Shown here in pieces: positions 38,988 through 52,818 of a stretch of DNA of 64,000 nucleotides. Source of the stretch: Podarcis cretensis. Lineage: Eukaryota. The first letter of the stretch is position 1; every line of letters begins with the position of its first letter. The stretch lies in assembly GCA_951804945.1 (NCBI GenBank), contig OX638150.1, forward strand, positions 56,172,001-56,236,000. The letters run 5' to 3'. The position numbers and the translations under genes were made by a program. The notes below the pieces were generated by a model, which was not told the origin of the DNA, searched no databases, and was given only the letters and a program-made list of their open reading frames with translations.

Positions 38988-39944
38988 GTAAGTTGCCTTA
39001 AAAAAATTAAAATAAAATAAAGCTCATTTGTGCTTATTCCATAGATAAGAGAGACTGCTTAGAAAAATACTTTTATTGACATCTGAGTTGTATGTAAGGA
39101 ACACACCTAACTAAAATGCAATAATTTCTTTTAATTTCAATTTCTTTAACAGTTGAAGGATTTACAGCTTTCTGATCTGCCATGCTTCTAATAACTGGGC
39201 ATTTATGCTGGTCTGGCCCGGAACATGTTTTTGCTTGGGTGTTTCAGCTTTAAATAAACACTAATGTGACATTATTATTATTTTATGTACAACTCAGTTG
39301 AGCATCTCCTCTGTCATGTGGAAGATAAAATTATGCTAAATATTGACTTTTAATAACGGTGTTTTATTAACAAGCGTATAGCAGCCTCATCTACTTCCCA
39401 GTCACAAATGACTGGTTGGAATTCATTGCTTCATGAATGGATTTGCACAACAGGACTTTCCCTTCCTTTCCTTCCTCTGCAAGCCCCACCCCGTCTGGAG
39501 GGTTTCCAGGCTTTGAGGGAAGTCCAGGAGACTGCAGGGGCAAATGAAGTCCCATTGCACAAGCAAAAGTCCATTCTGCTCACACAGAGACAGTATTGGA
39601 TACAACCCTCCTACTTGGTCATACTCAGAGTAGAATAATTGAAAACAATGTAATTGAACTATTACAGGTTAATTGGAATAGATTGATTTCAGTGGGTCAA
39701 CTGTGAATATGACTTGGACATAACACCCAGTTTGAAAAGAAAAAGTGAGAGAATGTGTACTGTCATTGTTGTGCAATGTCTTGCACTTTAAAATATAATT
39801 AAAATGCCATCTGATATTTAATTTTAAGTATGAAACAGTATTCATATGGGCATTTAATTCTTCATAGATTACTGTTTCCTTTTTCTTTTTTTGTGCTGGA
39901 TCTGACAGTGCAAAAAGAAATGGATATGAGAAAATGGGTTCTAC

Positions 39945-40028
39945 CTTCTTCTTCTTCTTTGGCGATCACTCGTAGCCGAGTAAGATTGTCTTCCATAAAC
40001 ACAGTTTTAACAATGAGTCCGTAAGTGA
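39945..40028 (-). mobile_element. Short non-LTR retroelement 3' end with (GAA)n tail (RTE/Vingi-like)
   Basis: (TTC)n followed by CpG-rich ggcgatcactcgtagccgag in AT-rich intron; family assignment tentative. Confidence 0.5.
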
Positions 40029-40339
40029 AGCATTCATGAAACAGGAATGTTAAAATTATATTGCTTAGATTATCATTTTTCTCAGAAATTTAAAAAGTTA
40101 ACAATAGTTTCCCTCAGCTGCATACATTTTAGGAAACCTTGATGAGAAATACAAAGGTGTGAGCAAGTTATGAAAAGATGTTTGTAGAGTCTTTTCATCT
40201 GCAGTATGAAAGCTGCTCTTTGTACCTTAATACTGAATTTGAATCCCATTTTAAGTAATTTTATAATAATTGAATTTTCTAGAAGTTTTATAACATTGAA
40301 TTACAAATATGCCAGTAAGTTCTGATCATTCATTTGTAG

Positions 40340-40384
40340 GCATCAGCATCCAGTGACATGAGTAGTGTGGATGAAATTCTAAAA
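40340..40384 (+). CDS. AFF4: AFF4 exon 4 (ASASSDMSSVDEILK)
   Basis: ttgtag|GCA ... AAA|gtaagt; 45 nt. Confidence 0.93.
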
Positions 40385-41595
40385 GTAAGTTGTTCTCTTA
40401 TTCTGGCTTTTGAGATTTTCTTGCTTAAATGTGTTGAATTTTTTGAAAAAATCCAAAATAAATTGCCCACGTATATTGCTTAACATTTCATTAAAAACTG
40501 ATTATCCTTTTTTTCTCTTCTGTGTACCATTGGTATCCACCAGTTTGTTCTTTATTTTTAATAATACTTTCGGATTATTTTTCTAAAGTCTTCCTTTGGT
40601 AAAGTCTTAAAATATTTTAAAAGAATATTTTCCTGTATATGCAAATCAGTATGTTATTGTATTTTCTCTTCAGAAATTAAATAAAAAGGTTATTTACCCC
40701 CCCCCCCCAATTGATTGAATATGGAATAGTGGAAAAGCATATCAGTATATTAAACTGGCAATAAAACTGATGGATTAAATAAATAGATGTTTTGTTTTCC
40801 TTGAAAGATTTCCTTAAGTCAATCAAATAATTTTTGTGTATCCTGCATGAAAATGACATTGACGTAATTCTGAAAGACTAATCACAGTCTGTCTTGAAAG
40901 AAGATTATGTTGTAACTTCCTCTCCACTTATTCCTTCCATTTCTCTCTGATAAACCTAAAGCTTTTAGGTTATTTGGTAAATATAGCAGTTTCATTTAAG
41001 ACTCTTAATACAAATGAAGTAGAATCCCATGGGTGTTACTATTCTGAAGAATGACATATACCAGCAGGACAGTGAGGGAGACAATTCATTCTCTCCTTTG
41101 AAGTCCCCCATTTTTGGGGTGGGGGTGGGGTGATGACGAGTGAGGACTGTCATGGTTAGATGGGACCAAGGGAGAATGCAAGGAACGATTGCTAAAAATG
41201 TCTCCGTCTCTTTTTTCCTGATGGATTTTGTCAGTAGAACAACATCCATTGGATTCCACCCATAGTTGGTTCAATTTATCCTGTTCACAAGGCTAACAAT
41301 TATTTTTTAGTTCTCTGATCACAATGTTTTGTTGGGATTGGTCATTGATAGTGTTGTAGTAAAGCAAATACTTCGGCTTGTGCAAGGACACCACCACCCC
41401 TTCTCTTTTCCGCTGCAGCCCCCTGCAGCCCTGTAAAATCTACTTTGGAGCATTTGGGGAACCTTCCGGTCAATCAGTAGGGGACAGGAGACTGCAGGGG
41501 GCAGGAGAAGAGTAAATCTTATTACATGAATTGGCATCTTTTCCCATTATTTTAATTTAAAACACATGTAAGCTGTGCTTTTTGGTTTGCATTAA

Positions 41596-41739
<144 letters not shown>

Positions 41740-44700
41740 TAACAGAAAGATCATGATTGCACACGGCAGTTGGCTGATTCTAAAATAAGGAAGCTACCTT
41801 TTGTGGATCAAGATTTTCATCATTTAATTATAATTATTACAGCATTGTTCACTCTTTGTTTTTATTGGCTTCATGTTATATTGTTTGCTTGAAACTTCTG
41901 CTTTGGCTTTATTTTTCCTTAACTCTGTTTGCCTTTCATATTGAACTTATTATAATTGTGTCCTGTTCTTTCATCTAGAACAAATTTACATACCCTTTTT
42001 AACAGGCATGTTATTTCATGCATTCAGAACATTAGGTCATATGAATTGTTCAAATTCTCTTCCTGTCAGGAAGCTCCAGCTATGCTGTTTCCATACACAA
42101 TACTTTGTGTTCTTTTAGACATCTTAAAATCCGGTGCAGCCACTTCAACAATAGTGATCCTGGGTTGATTTGTGAGGTTTATCAACAGCAATTTGTATTG
42201 AGCAGGTGACTTGAGTTGATGCTTAAGAAAACCCTTTCCCTAGGTAAACTCTTGTCTCCTACGAATACCCCAGTAGCTGTCTACAGTATATGCATATTGG
42301 AGGCTAGAAATGTACAGAAATTATCAAACAAGAGGACTTTAAATTTATCCAAAGAAGGCAGGACTTCTTTAAAATGCTCCTGTTTTGTAGCATTTATTTT
42401 TTAAAAAATGTTGCCGTGCTATTTGCTTTCATTTTTATTCAGTTCAAATATTAATTTGTGGAGTGATCTCTCCATGTTAAGAGAGATCATGTTGTGGGAA
42501 AACTCTAATATTCTTTGCTTGAAATACTTTCTGACAACTCATCAAAAGATTATAGCATGTATTTTTTTCAGTATCATGTTTTAACGTATCCTGAAGAGAC
42601 AAACATGATACAATTGTATCATTCTTGGCACATGTTTTCTGGTGGTGCCTAGGGCAAAGGTTTATTACTTACATAAATATGTTATTTCATAAACCTAGTG
42701 TTCGTTAGTCCTTAATAGACTCTGATATTCAACTTCAATTTTTCATATAACTACATGAAGCGCTGGCAGTAGCCAATTTCTCAAAGTCATCGTAGACGGT
42801 TACCAATGGCAATAGCTTAGTTTTGTGATTGCATTCTTTCTACTGTTCTTGAAAAGGAAACTCCTAGGTTCATTGGTTCCATGTAATTCAAGCATAAACA
42901 CAGTATGTAGTACCTACATGATTATGACAAATATGAATCACTTCCAGGCATGGAAACTTCTAAATAGAGAGACTATTTAGAAGAAAGTGTGTGTTGCATT
43001 ACTTTATTTCTTTCATGCCATTTACTTACCATACTTGATTAACATAGGCATCTGTTGGAACACACAAGACTAGTACATGTTTGTTGGCTATTTTAAAGTA
43101 TATTTTAATGTTTTTTTTTAATTCAAAGAGCTCAGGATGGATAATAGTTATTCAGTAGAGCAACCATAACAAAGTAACAAAAAGCACAGCCTTTTTTTTT
43201 GCATCTTTCAGCTGAACATATGCTACCAATCAGTTACCAAAAGTCTATGCCAGCAGCCAGGTTTTGAGCTGATGTCTAAGTGACAGAAGCATAGAAGCTG
43301 AATTGGAAAGGGCAGGGAGTTCTAAAGCTGGGGTGCACAACAGAAAAGGCCTGCCCCCATGATGATGGTAGAATGCTGAAGAGATCCTTTGTGGAAAAGT
43401 AATCTGAGCAGGAAAATGCACTCCACACCACTGTAGACACTTGGGACTCAAGTGGTAAAGTGTAATCAAGGAATATCCTAGAAGCAGGACCTGCTCTTTT
43501 GAAGAGGCCTGCAAGCTTATCCAAAACACCTAATTCCTAGGCCTTAGAACTGTCCGATCATAGCATCTTCATCTTACCTGGATTCAGTTTATTACAGTTG
43601 CCTTGAGTGCCTCACCCAGCAGCTTCATTTTTATCTTAGATACTACTTAGGATATAAAGAAACCCTGCAGGACTGCATGGACCAACTTCCTTGGACTCAT
43701 GCAGAAGTCCCATCTCCCCAAACCACCTTCTGGAATCAACCCTGTGGGTTGGAGTGAAAACACTCTGATGTTGTGTCTCCTACTCTGCCCCACGTAGTCA
43801 GTGGTATCCGAATTTGTTGCAGTTTGTGGCCTTTCATCTGAACTGGACTTCAGTTGTCTAGTCACTAGTCAGAACAAGAGTGCTGGACAACTCTTGGAAA
43901 ATGTAATGGAGAAAGCAAATCAATTCTTCTTTGTTTCCTTCATATAAATTGTGCCTGTAGCTTGTATTTGGCCATTCTGGAACTCACACAGTGTCGGGCT
44001 TAAGCTGGTATGCATGAGGTCTTCTTACTCCCCACTAGAAGCCGACAAATCTTGGTACACTCTGGACTGCACCACCACTTCTTTGGTGGTGGCAGTTGCA
44101 CATCTCCATACTGCAGTTTACTCATCCTTAGGAGAACATCAAATATTGGGAGATGGGATAGGCTGGTGTTGCAGCATTAGCTCTCCAGATATTCCTCTGA
44201 TTATCTCTTGCTGCTCCTTCACATCTGGCTGCAGCTGACCTCTGTAGAGAATCCCTAGGCCCAGGACTGATGTGGATGCCCAGTGTAGATATTTATCTTA
44301 CGTGCAGTAGTTGTAAATTGTCATATGTAGTTGTAAATTGGCATTATATAAATGTTAGCTTGTATAAATGACTGCATGGCATGAGTCATGTATCACAAAA
44401 GTGGTAACCTCAGAATTTAGAAGTGGAAGCTTGATCCAGGAGAATCCCTAGCCTAATGTGCAAAGTAGGCATTCCTTTTTCCTTTCCAGTAGTCAACTAT
44501 CATCACTTTAAATTTTATTCATATTCAGTGGGTTGCACTTAAAAACAAGTTTGGGGGACACCACTGTGTGTGTTCATTAAAAAAAAGAAAAAAGGATGAG
44601 AAACTTTACCATGTGATCAGTGCCTTAAACCATAGGAAAGAAGGCATCAGCTTTTAGGATTCCCTTGGCTCTAAAGTCTGGGGAATATTCAGATAGGCTT

Positions 44701-44827
44701 GGATAACACTTCAAAGGAATTGTAGTTTTTTCTAAAATTTAAATAATCAAGCACAAGCACAACTAAAGCACTTCCTCTTTTAGTAGTCTCTGTTAAACAG
44801 ATAAGTAACCTTTTTGTATTTTTACAG

Positions 44828-44864
44828 GAAGCTCAGCAATCTAATTTTGGCACTGGAGAACAAA
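44828..44864 (+). CDS. AFF4: AFF4 exon 6 (EAQQSNFGTGEQ-K)
   Basis: tttacag|GAA ... A|gtaagt; 37 nt. Confidence 0.93.
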
Positions 44865-46898
44865 GTAAGTGTGTGTTTATATTATGTACTGAATTATTTC
44901 TCTGTTTTTTTAAAAAAAGAATTTACAGTAAAATTCTCTTTTGGATGCTTTACTTGAAGAAAAGTTCTATTGATAGTTTTTTTGGTCTTGTGGGTAGGAT
45001 GCCTGGCCCAATAAAAGACCTGAATCAGAATGTTAATGTGTTCTCATTTTATCCATTTTTGTGTGTGTGCTTACTGTACTAAGAAGGTTTGATTTGAGAA
45101 TTAGTGTTTGTTATTTTTGTTCCCTTTGAAAGTTGTAGCACATTTTGAGAAATCTTTGCCATTACGCTCTGAATGCTTTCATAACTCCAGTCTGTGAGAA
45201 TTAAGGAAGTTCAGCTGGTTAAGGCACCCTGGAGAATGAGCTTAAAGTAATCTCTAGGTGAGAAGGATAAGTAACAGAACAGCTTCACTTCTAGCTTACT
45301 TGTGTTTCCCTTATTGGGACATAACTCAGAGCAGTCCTTGCCTGTCTCTGTAGCTTGTGTGAGACTGTGCCAATTTCTATTATTTTCTGCCCTTGGAGTG
45401 CTTCCATTCTTTAAACAAAGGCCGTTCTTTTTAAGAACTGGCTTTCTCCAAAATAATAATTATGACTAGGAATGCAGTCACTGTGAATGAAACGAGACTG
45501 CACCATTTAATTCACAACATCTGACTTAATGTCTTCTGTAACTAGGATAACTAATTGATTAAGTTGTAAAAGCATAAGTAGTTATTCATATACTGTGACT
45601 CCATTTAGATGGCACAGAGCTGATTGTCAAACCATTAGTTTGGCATTTGGGCACACGTCTGTAAGCTTGTGAACTACTTCCCCTCCTTCCTCACAGGGTT
45701 CTATAGTATGAGATAATTGTTGCTTTATTACATGTGAATGACATCTGAATCAGACACATTGGTTATTTCTAAGATTAACTGGCCTTTATACCAGCAGTTA
45801 GAATAGCAGATGATCAATATTTGATTATTTCTATTTTCGAGCACCAGTTTCAAGTCTTGCCTCTCTTGCTGCTCTTCTTGTTTTATTAGAAGAATTTTAT
45901 TGGAAAAGTGAACTTGAAAAGGTCACTGGGCCCCAACCTTGTATTTGTATCTTGCATCAGAACCTCCAACAAATGTGTGCATTGTTTCCTGATCCATATA
46001 ACAAGTGCATCTTGTTTCTCCTCCCTTTCAAAAAGCACCACTCTGTTTATATGGTCTGTTGTCAGTTGCTTCCATCTACTTAAGTGATTCCTGAAAATGG
46101 TAGGCCTTCTTCTGGTGGCAACACAGTTGCTGCATTGACCAATGAATTGCTAACATTGTCCAAGTTCTTCAAACCATTGCATGACTCAGCATCCCCAAAG
46201 TGTAAACATTTTCTCATTGAGATAGCAAAGAAGCTCAAAACAAGTTACATTAGGCTGCAGTCCTAACCCTGTTTCCCTAGAAGTAAACCCCATTGATTAA
46301 AATAGGATTTACTTCTGAAAAGACATTGTTAGGCTTGTGATGATAGCTACTAGGTCTGAAGCATGTGATATTTTAACTTTAGGAAACATGATAGGATGAG
46401 GTATTTTGAAATGTTGCGTATTACTTTTGCCTTTGAGAACAAAAGGTTCATTGCTCACCTTCCGCAAGCAGGGGTGATAATGAAACTGCTGCTAAGATAA
46501 CAGCATTACTAGCCAAATCATTAAGTAGCTGTGTGAAATAATAAACAGCACATTTTTGTCTGGAACAATATCTACTTTATGTTAAGGGAAGAACTTGTTT
46601 ATATTTGTAAAACAAACAAGTCAAACTATTGAATCACTTCCAAGTCTGTGAATTCAGTAGTTGATTTACTGTTAGTCTTTCACTCTCCTATTTTTTAGAA
46701 ACCAGGTAAAGACATAGCTAGAGTACAGTAGTAAGTTTAGCATGTAAGTCAGAAAAGAAAGGGCTACTGAATGCAGTGGGTTTGCCCACTCTTGCAATCT
46801 GCATCTGAGTCATACTTGCCTCCATATATATCATTTGGGTGATGTATATGTTTTTGTAACTTAGTGTTCAGCAATTATTTTATCTTTCTCACCTCCAG

Positions 46899-46947
46899 AA
46901 AGATACAATTCTTCATCAAAAACATCTAATGTCCACCAGTCTAAATC
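46899..46947 (+). CDS. AFF4: AFF4 exon 7 (K-RYNSSSKTSNVHQSK-S)
   Basis: ctccag|AA ... TC|gtaagt; 49 nt, phase 1-2. Confidence 0.92.
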
Positions 46948-48525
46948 GTAAGTATGTCCTATAATTTTCTTTGCAATATTTACAGTAATATTCTGAAAAT
47001 ATATATGATGGAAATGGCCATATTGATTCATAGAGATGGAACTGCTACAGACAGAAAATCTATATAGTTGCATAGTACATCTCTCTACTTTTAATATGCT
47101 CACTTTCAATATATGTTTATGAGTGATGGGATTTCTTAATCAGGTTAGTAATTCAACATGAAATCTTGAGTGCTGCTTCTTGATTATTTACTGCACAAGG
47201 CCATCACTTTCACTTGAACTTTATATACCCAGGTGCACTTAATTCTCAGTACTTCACAGCCATAAAAGAACGTGGTTTACACTTGACGAAGGGGGACTAT
47301 TATGGTCAAGGCTACACAATTTTTGCTTAGCTTGAGTAGCAAAGCCTAACTTTGTGATCTCCAGGCCCTCCCCATCTGTCCTTTGTTCATGACATTGCTT
47401 TGTTCAATGTCAGAGACCATCTCCTCCAATCCAGCTTCAGATTTGGAGCTGGAGAATAGCCCAGAGGTTGTTCCCATAAGAATAGCCTGCTGGCCCAGGC
47501 CAATGGCTCATCTAATCCAGCTATGGCTAACCAGAAGCCTGTGGGAAACAAAAAGGATCTGAGCACAAGAACACTCTTCCTCCTATGGTTTCCAAAAACT
47601 GGTATTCAGAAGCATTACTGCGTTGAGCTATGGAGGCCGAGCATAGCTGGCATATTGAGTATTCCCACAATTGCACTGGGATTTGAAAACAGTTAGATCA
47701 CCTTGGCAGCCCAGAACAATTGTGCAGTCAGTCTGTCCCCAATTTTGCTCCAAACCTGAAGCTGAGGGAGAACATAGAATTGATTGGGCACTGGGCTGTT
47801 GAGATATACTAAGGACTTTGGTATCCCAGCACCGAAAGGATAACCCCAGTCTTCTTCTGAAAGATCACCTCAATTTTTGTCTTGTGCTTCTAAGCTTGAG
47901 GATGAACCCCAGTTCCTCTCTAGTTCTAAGCTGGGACCTCTATTGACACGTTTGCTCAGAGGGTGATGAAAAGCATGCTGAGCAGAATGTCAGACCTCCT
48001 AACTGACCTTCAGAAGTATTGAGAGTTAGCACACCTCCCTCCCCTGAATTTATTCAGCAACTTAACTTGGGAAATAATGTCTAATAGTTAGTTTTTATTG
48101 GTAATACTATCCATGTACCCATCACTATGCAGGGAATAAGAGGGCAAGTCCTTGCTCAAGGAGCTTACAATCTAGAAAAATCCTGTATTCGAAATAAACA
48201 TAGAGATGGCATATTTGGCCTTAATAAAACTGACCTCATTTCCTTGCAACTGCAAATTCATTTCATTAAATAATAAGCAATCAGCATTTTTGGAGAGACT
48301 CACCTGGAGTGCCCAACTTTCTCCTAGTGCCCCCTTGGTAATCCCACTGCCCTTTAGGGGGCAGTACCGTCCAGTTTGGGAACCAATACCTTAGATGACA
48401 TCATTCAGCTGCATGAATAGTTGTAAACTAGATATAGCAAGCTAACATTGCCAAGCAACTTTTATTTTACTGCAGAACTACCCAGAAGGTTGAATAATTT
48501 TAACCATATTTCTGTTTCCCCCCAG

Positions 48526-48546
48526 GTGTGAATCAAACCAGACAAA
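48526..48546 (+). CDS. AFF4: Candidate AFF4 21-nt alternative microexon (S-CESNQT-N)
   Basis: tttctgtttccccccag|GTGTGAATCAAACCAGACAAA|gtaaga; phase 2-2, in frame, no stop. Confidence 0.65.
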
Positions 48547-49388
48547 GTAAGATGCTATGTTTGTTACTGATGTCAAGTGTTGCTTTTAAATTCTTGCTAA
48601 TGCAAGAATTTTATTCATATTTCGTTATATGCAGAATGTTAATTCACAGCCCAGCTCTTGGAGAGTTCATAGTAAAGCATGAAAGAGTTCAAGTTAATAT
48701 CCTTGAATTATGTTTTAAAAATATAGCAGTGATTCTTAAGCAAATGGTAAAACTAAAAATGACTTACCATTAATTTATGCCAGAATTTATGAAGCCTACT
48801 CTGTATTTAGTTTCCCTGTCTCCTATCTTTTTGGTGTTGTGTGGTCACGCACAGTCTATGCTCTTAAAAGTTTAGTCTCAGCTTTTTTCAAAGTACATTT
48901 TGTCTGTGATGTACTGGCCTTTGCACTTGATGACTGCATTTTCAGTATAGTATTAATGGGTGGTGGTGGTTGCAGCAGCATTGCACTGATGCCTATGAAT
49001 TCCCTAACCTTGTTAATTGGGATGGGATTCTGCTTAATTTAGGCCCACAGCGTTCTCCTCCTTCTCTGCCTATATGTGACTTGCATGGTGCCCCACACAG
49101 TGTTCCTACAGTGATTCAATGTTTTGTGTGTTTTCCTTGTTCCAGCAGGACAACTATGCTACTTAATATAACAGCTCTTTTGAGCCTATCTGCTCTTTGC
49201 ATTTTGTCACCCACCACAAGGATGTTAAGTGTCTTAATTTCTTCTGTTGCCCTTGTAATGGTGTAAGCACTTCAGGATTTTCAGTATGCTTCTTCAACGG
49301 AGCGTCAATCCATTATGTAAAGGGAGGAAAATTAATGGCAATCATCAGAAATTAGGTTAAATTGTTAGGATAGTACGGTATTATTTGG

Positions 49389-49436
49389 CTGAGTGGCTGG
49401 GGAAACCCAGCCAGATGGGCGGGGTACAAATAATAA

Positions 49437-49470
<34 letters not shown>
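49389..49470 (+). mobile_element. Extremely 5'-truncated L2 3' tail with (TTA)n
   Basis: ccagatgggcggggta.aaata matches the end of the L2 at about 26370; flanked by direct repeat TTATTTGG (49381-49388, 49471-49478). Confidence 0.8.
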
Positions 49471-49475
<5 letters not shown>

Positions 49476-49523
49476 TGGTAAAAAAACACACACCAAACCA
49501 TTCCTTTTTCTGTTTGTTTCTAG

Positions 49524-49578
49524 CGTTCTTATAAATGACTTGAAAATCAGCAGCAGCGAAGACAGTGATGTCGAGCAG
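49524..49578 (+). CDS. AFF4: AFF4 exon 8 (VLINDLKISSSEDSDVEQ)
   Basis: tttctag|C ... CAG|gttatt; 55 nt, phase 2-0; homologous to MLKDDLKLSSSEDSDGEQ. Confidence 0.9.
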
Positions 49579-50162
49579 GTTATTTTTGTGTTTTTTTAAA
49601 ATAATTCTGTCCTGCCTTTCTACCAAGCTACACAGGGGAGCTGACAGCACCATCAAAATAAAGTAATACAAAGCACAACATTTAAAAAGGCAAAAACTGA
49701 AAATGAATAGAAACAAGCAACTAATACACTGTTTTAAAATAGTGTGGGAATTTGAACCCTGGGCTCCCAGTTCCTAGTCCAATTCTCTGGACAACTACAT
49801 CACACTGGCTCTCAGTTTTGAGAGTGTAGGAAGGGCTAGCTGGGCTACTTTGCAAGTGAAAGGGAGAAAAATACTTGCAAATGAACATGCCAGTTGACAT
49901 TCAAAACCTGTCAAACAACATTTGAAATAGTATAACCTTGCTAGGATGGCTGATGGATCTCATACTGTATTATGTTTGTCCATAGGTTGCTTGTAAACTT
50001 TGGCCAATTATGCAATATTTTCCCTAGTTTTCATTCTTATAGATGGATAATGTTCATGTCAGTGAAAGACAGCAAAATATGTTTTTCCAGTACCCTTGTT
50101 GAGTGTGTTATACCTGTTACAAGGACAGTAATTCTAGTTTGGATCTTTTATTTCAATTATAG

Positions 50163-50200
50163 GATTCTGATAAGACTGTGCCAAGAGGTACACCTGGAAG
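50163..50200 (+). CDS. AFF4: AFF4 exon 9 (DSDKTVPRGTPG-S)
   Basis: ttatag|GAT ... AG|gtaaat; 38 nt. Confidence 0.92.
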
Positions 50201-50450
50201 GTAAATATTGGTTGATACACCTGGCATTATAAAGCTATGTTGAACTGGTAGTGCTGTAACAATTTAACTGTGGGGAATTAAGATATCTGTTTAAAGCAAG
50301 AGCCAATTAGGATTTCATCTTCAATTGAATTGCCATGGGTCTTCAACTGGTTGGGTTAAACATTAAAATATTTCTTAATAGTCTTATGCATAAACTATTT
50401 TATCCATAGTTTGAAAGTAACTACAGATAAAATCCTATAGCTTCCTTTGA

Positions 50451-50693
<243 letters not shown>

Positions 50694-51894
50694 TAGCAGA
50701 GCAGTAATGTGACAAAAGGGGGAATATGAATGTTAGAGACTATGCACTGTTTATACCCAGCTTATTAATGTTCATTGATCTTCTTTCATTTTAGAAGCAA
50801 TCATATCCAAGAATTAAGGTGAAACAGGACTTCCTATGTGTTCAGAAGTATACATAGAAACACAATCCAGCATGGCCTCTGAGCTTCTGGGACTTGTGGA
50901 ATGCTTAGTGCATTGTCTATAGGGAGATCATCTGAGTTCACACTGAACGCCTGTTCTTGTTTCCACCTTGCTGGCCTATCACAATGAAGCAAATCACCAT
51001 TGTTTTCTGTGAGCAGTTTATTGCTTCTGTCCTTGGGAATGGGACAAAAAGGGGCCAAGTGGACCAGAAGTTAGGCAGGCTGTGAATCATTTAATACAAA
51101 TTAAAAATGATGATGATGATGATGATTTAGTTTGCAGTCAAGACATGGAATATTACATTGGCAGTTTGGAGAGAAATGTAAGGCAAAGGGCTCATGCCTA
51201 GCAGCTTAAAACTATATTGGAGAGGGGGATTAGTGTTGGGGAGCATGTGTGCCATGAGGCTAAAAAATTCCCTTCACTGACATATGCAGGTTTGTTTCAG
51301 GCAGAAGGAGATGAAAATATGAATTTCCCCTTTCCCACTCTCTAGGCACCACTACCACCTATACAGCAATAAAACTGTCAGCCAGCCAGCCAGAACATGG
51401 CTTCTGCTCTATGCTGGCTGGGGCCTCCATATTATTCCTATTTAAGGCTCCTGCTAATGTGGTTCCCAGGGAGTGGGGTATCCTTTTAACATTTTGCTGC
51501 AGGGCCTACTTGTTTGTTTTACAGTTAACTAAGTCAGCCATGCAGCTTGACAGTAATCATCTGCCCTGAGCAGGGGAGCAATTGATCCCAGATGAGTAGA
51601 TAACTGGCACGCTGCCCCTGCTGCAGCTTGATGAAGAAAACCTAGCACCTTGTGGCAGCCCCCCTCTCCTGTTGTGACATGGCTAGGCTGGAGAGAGTAC
51701 ATACTTAAATCAGCAGTTTCCTCAATTTTCTATAGCAACAGAGGCGTAAGCTGCATAATGGATGGCCACGTTCCAAATTTGCAAGCTTGGAATAAAATGT
51801 TTATTATATATTCTTTGGTTCAACTTGTTAGCCACTCGGGAAATGGAGGGAATGTAGGTATTGACTTTTAAGATTCCCTGTTCTCTGTCTTTAG

Positions 51895-52818
51895 CCGGAA
51901 CCACCTCCAACGAACAAGTGGCAGCTGGACAACTGGCTGAACAAGGTGAATCCGCATAAAGTATCACCAGCTTCTTCTGTGGACAGTAACATCCCATCAA
52001 CACAAGGCTACAAAAATGAGGGTAGAGATCAGAGCACAGGGAGTGGATATGCAGATCAGAGTGGATCTAAAGAATCAATTTCTTCCACTCCTGGGAGAGA
52101 TTCAAAAACCAGCCAGAAAGGATCAGAGAGCAATCGGGGCAGACAAAAGTCACCTGCTCAGAGTGACAGCATGACCCAAAGGAGGACTGTAGGTAAAAAA
52201 CAGCCCAAAAAGACAGACAAACCATCTGTGGAAGAGCCCAGAGGGGGGCTGAAAATAGAAAGCGAAACTCCAGTGGACATGACAACAAATATACCCTCTA
52301 ACAGACACAAGGCAGCCACAAAAGGCTCTAGAAAGCCCAACATAAAGAAGGAGCCCAAATCTTCACCTCGGCCTACAACCGAGAAAAAGAAGTGCAAGGT
52401 TGCAAACAAATCCTCCCAGAAATCCAAGGAATTCATAGAAACAGATACCTCATCCTCTGATTCTGATGAGAATGAGAGCTTGCCTCCTTCATCACAAACC
52501 CCCAAATATTCTGAGAGCAATAGGACTCCTGTTAAACCCTCCATGGAGGAGGATGACAGCTTTTTACGGCAACGAATGTTCTCTCCTATGGAAGAGAAGG
52601 AACTCCTTTCACCACTCAGTGATCCTGATGAAAGGTATCCCCTTATTGTGAAGATTGACTTGAGCCTCTTAACCAGAATACCAGGGAAGCCTTACAAAGA
52701 CACAGACCCATCAAAAGTTGAGAGGAAGAATGTGTCCGAGAAGCATCCAAGGGAGCCCCAGAAAGCATCCTCCGACAAAGGTTCCACCAAGGGCAAGCGG
52801 AAGCATAAGTTATGTCAG
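51895..52818 (+). CDS. AFF4: AFF4 exon 11 ([18 protein letters not shown]...[14 protein letters not shown]...KGKRKHK+LCQ)
   Basis: KWQLDNWL motif and AF9/ENL-binding [10 protein letters not shown] motif; tttag|CCG; nearest phase-0 donor is CAG|gtcagt at 52818. Confidence 0.93.

Noticed and set aside
52067-52544. Minus-strand ORFs over AFF4 exon 11
   Set aside because: Antisense shadows of real coding sequence.
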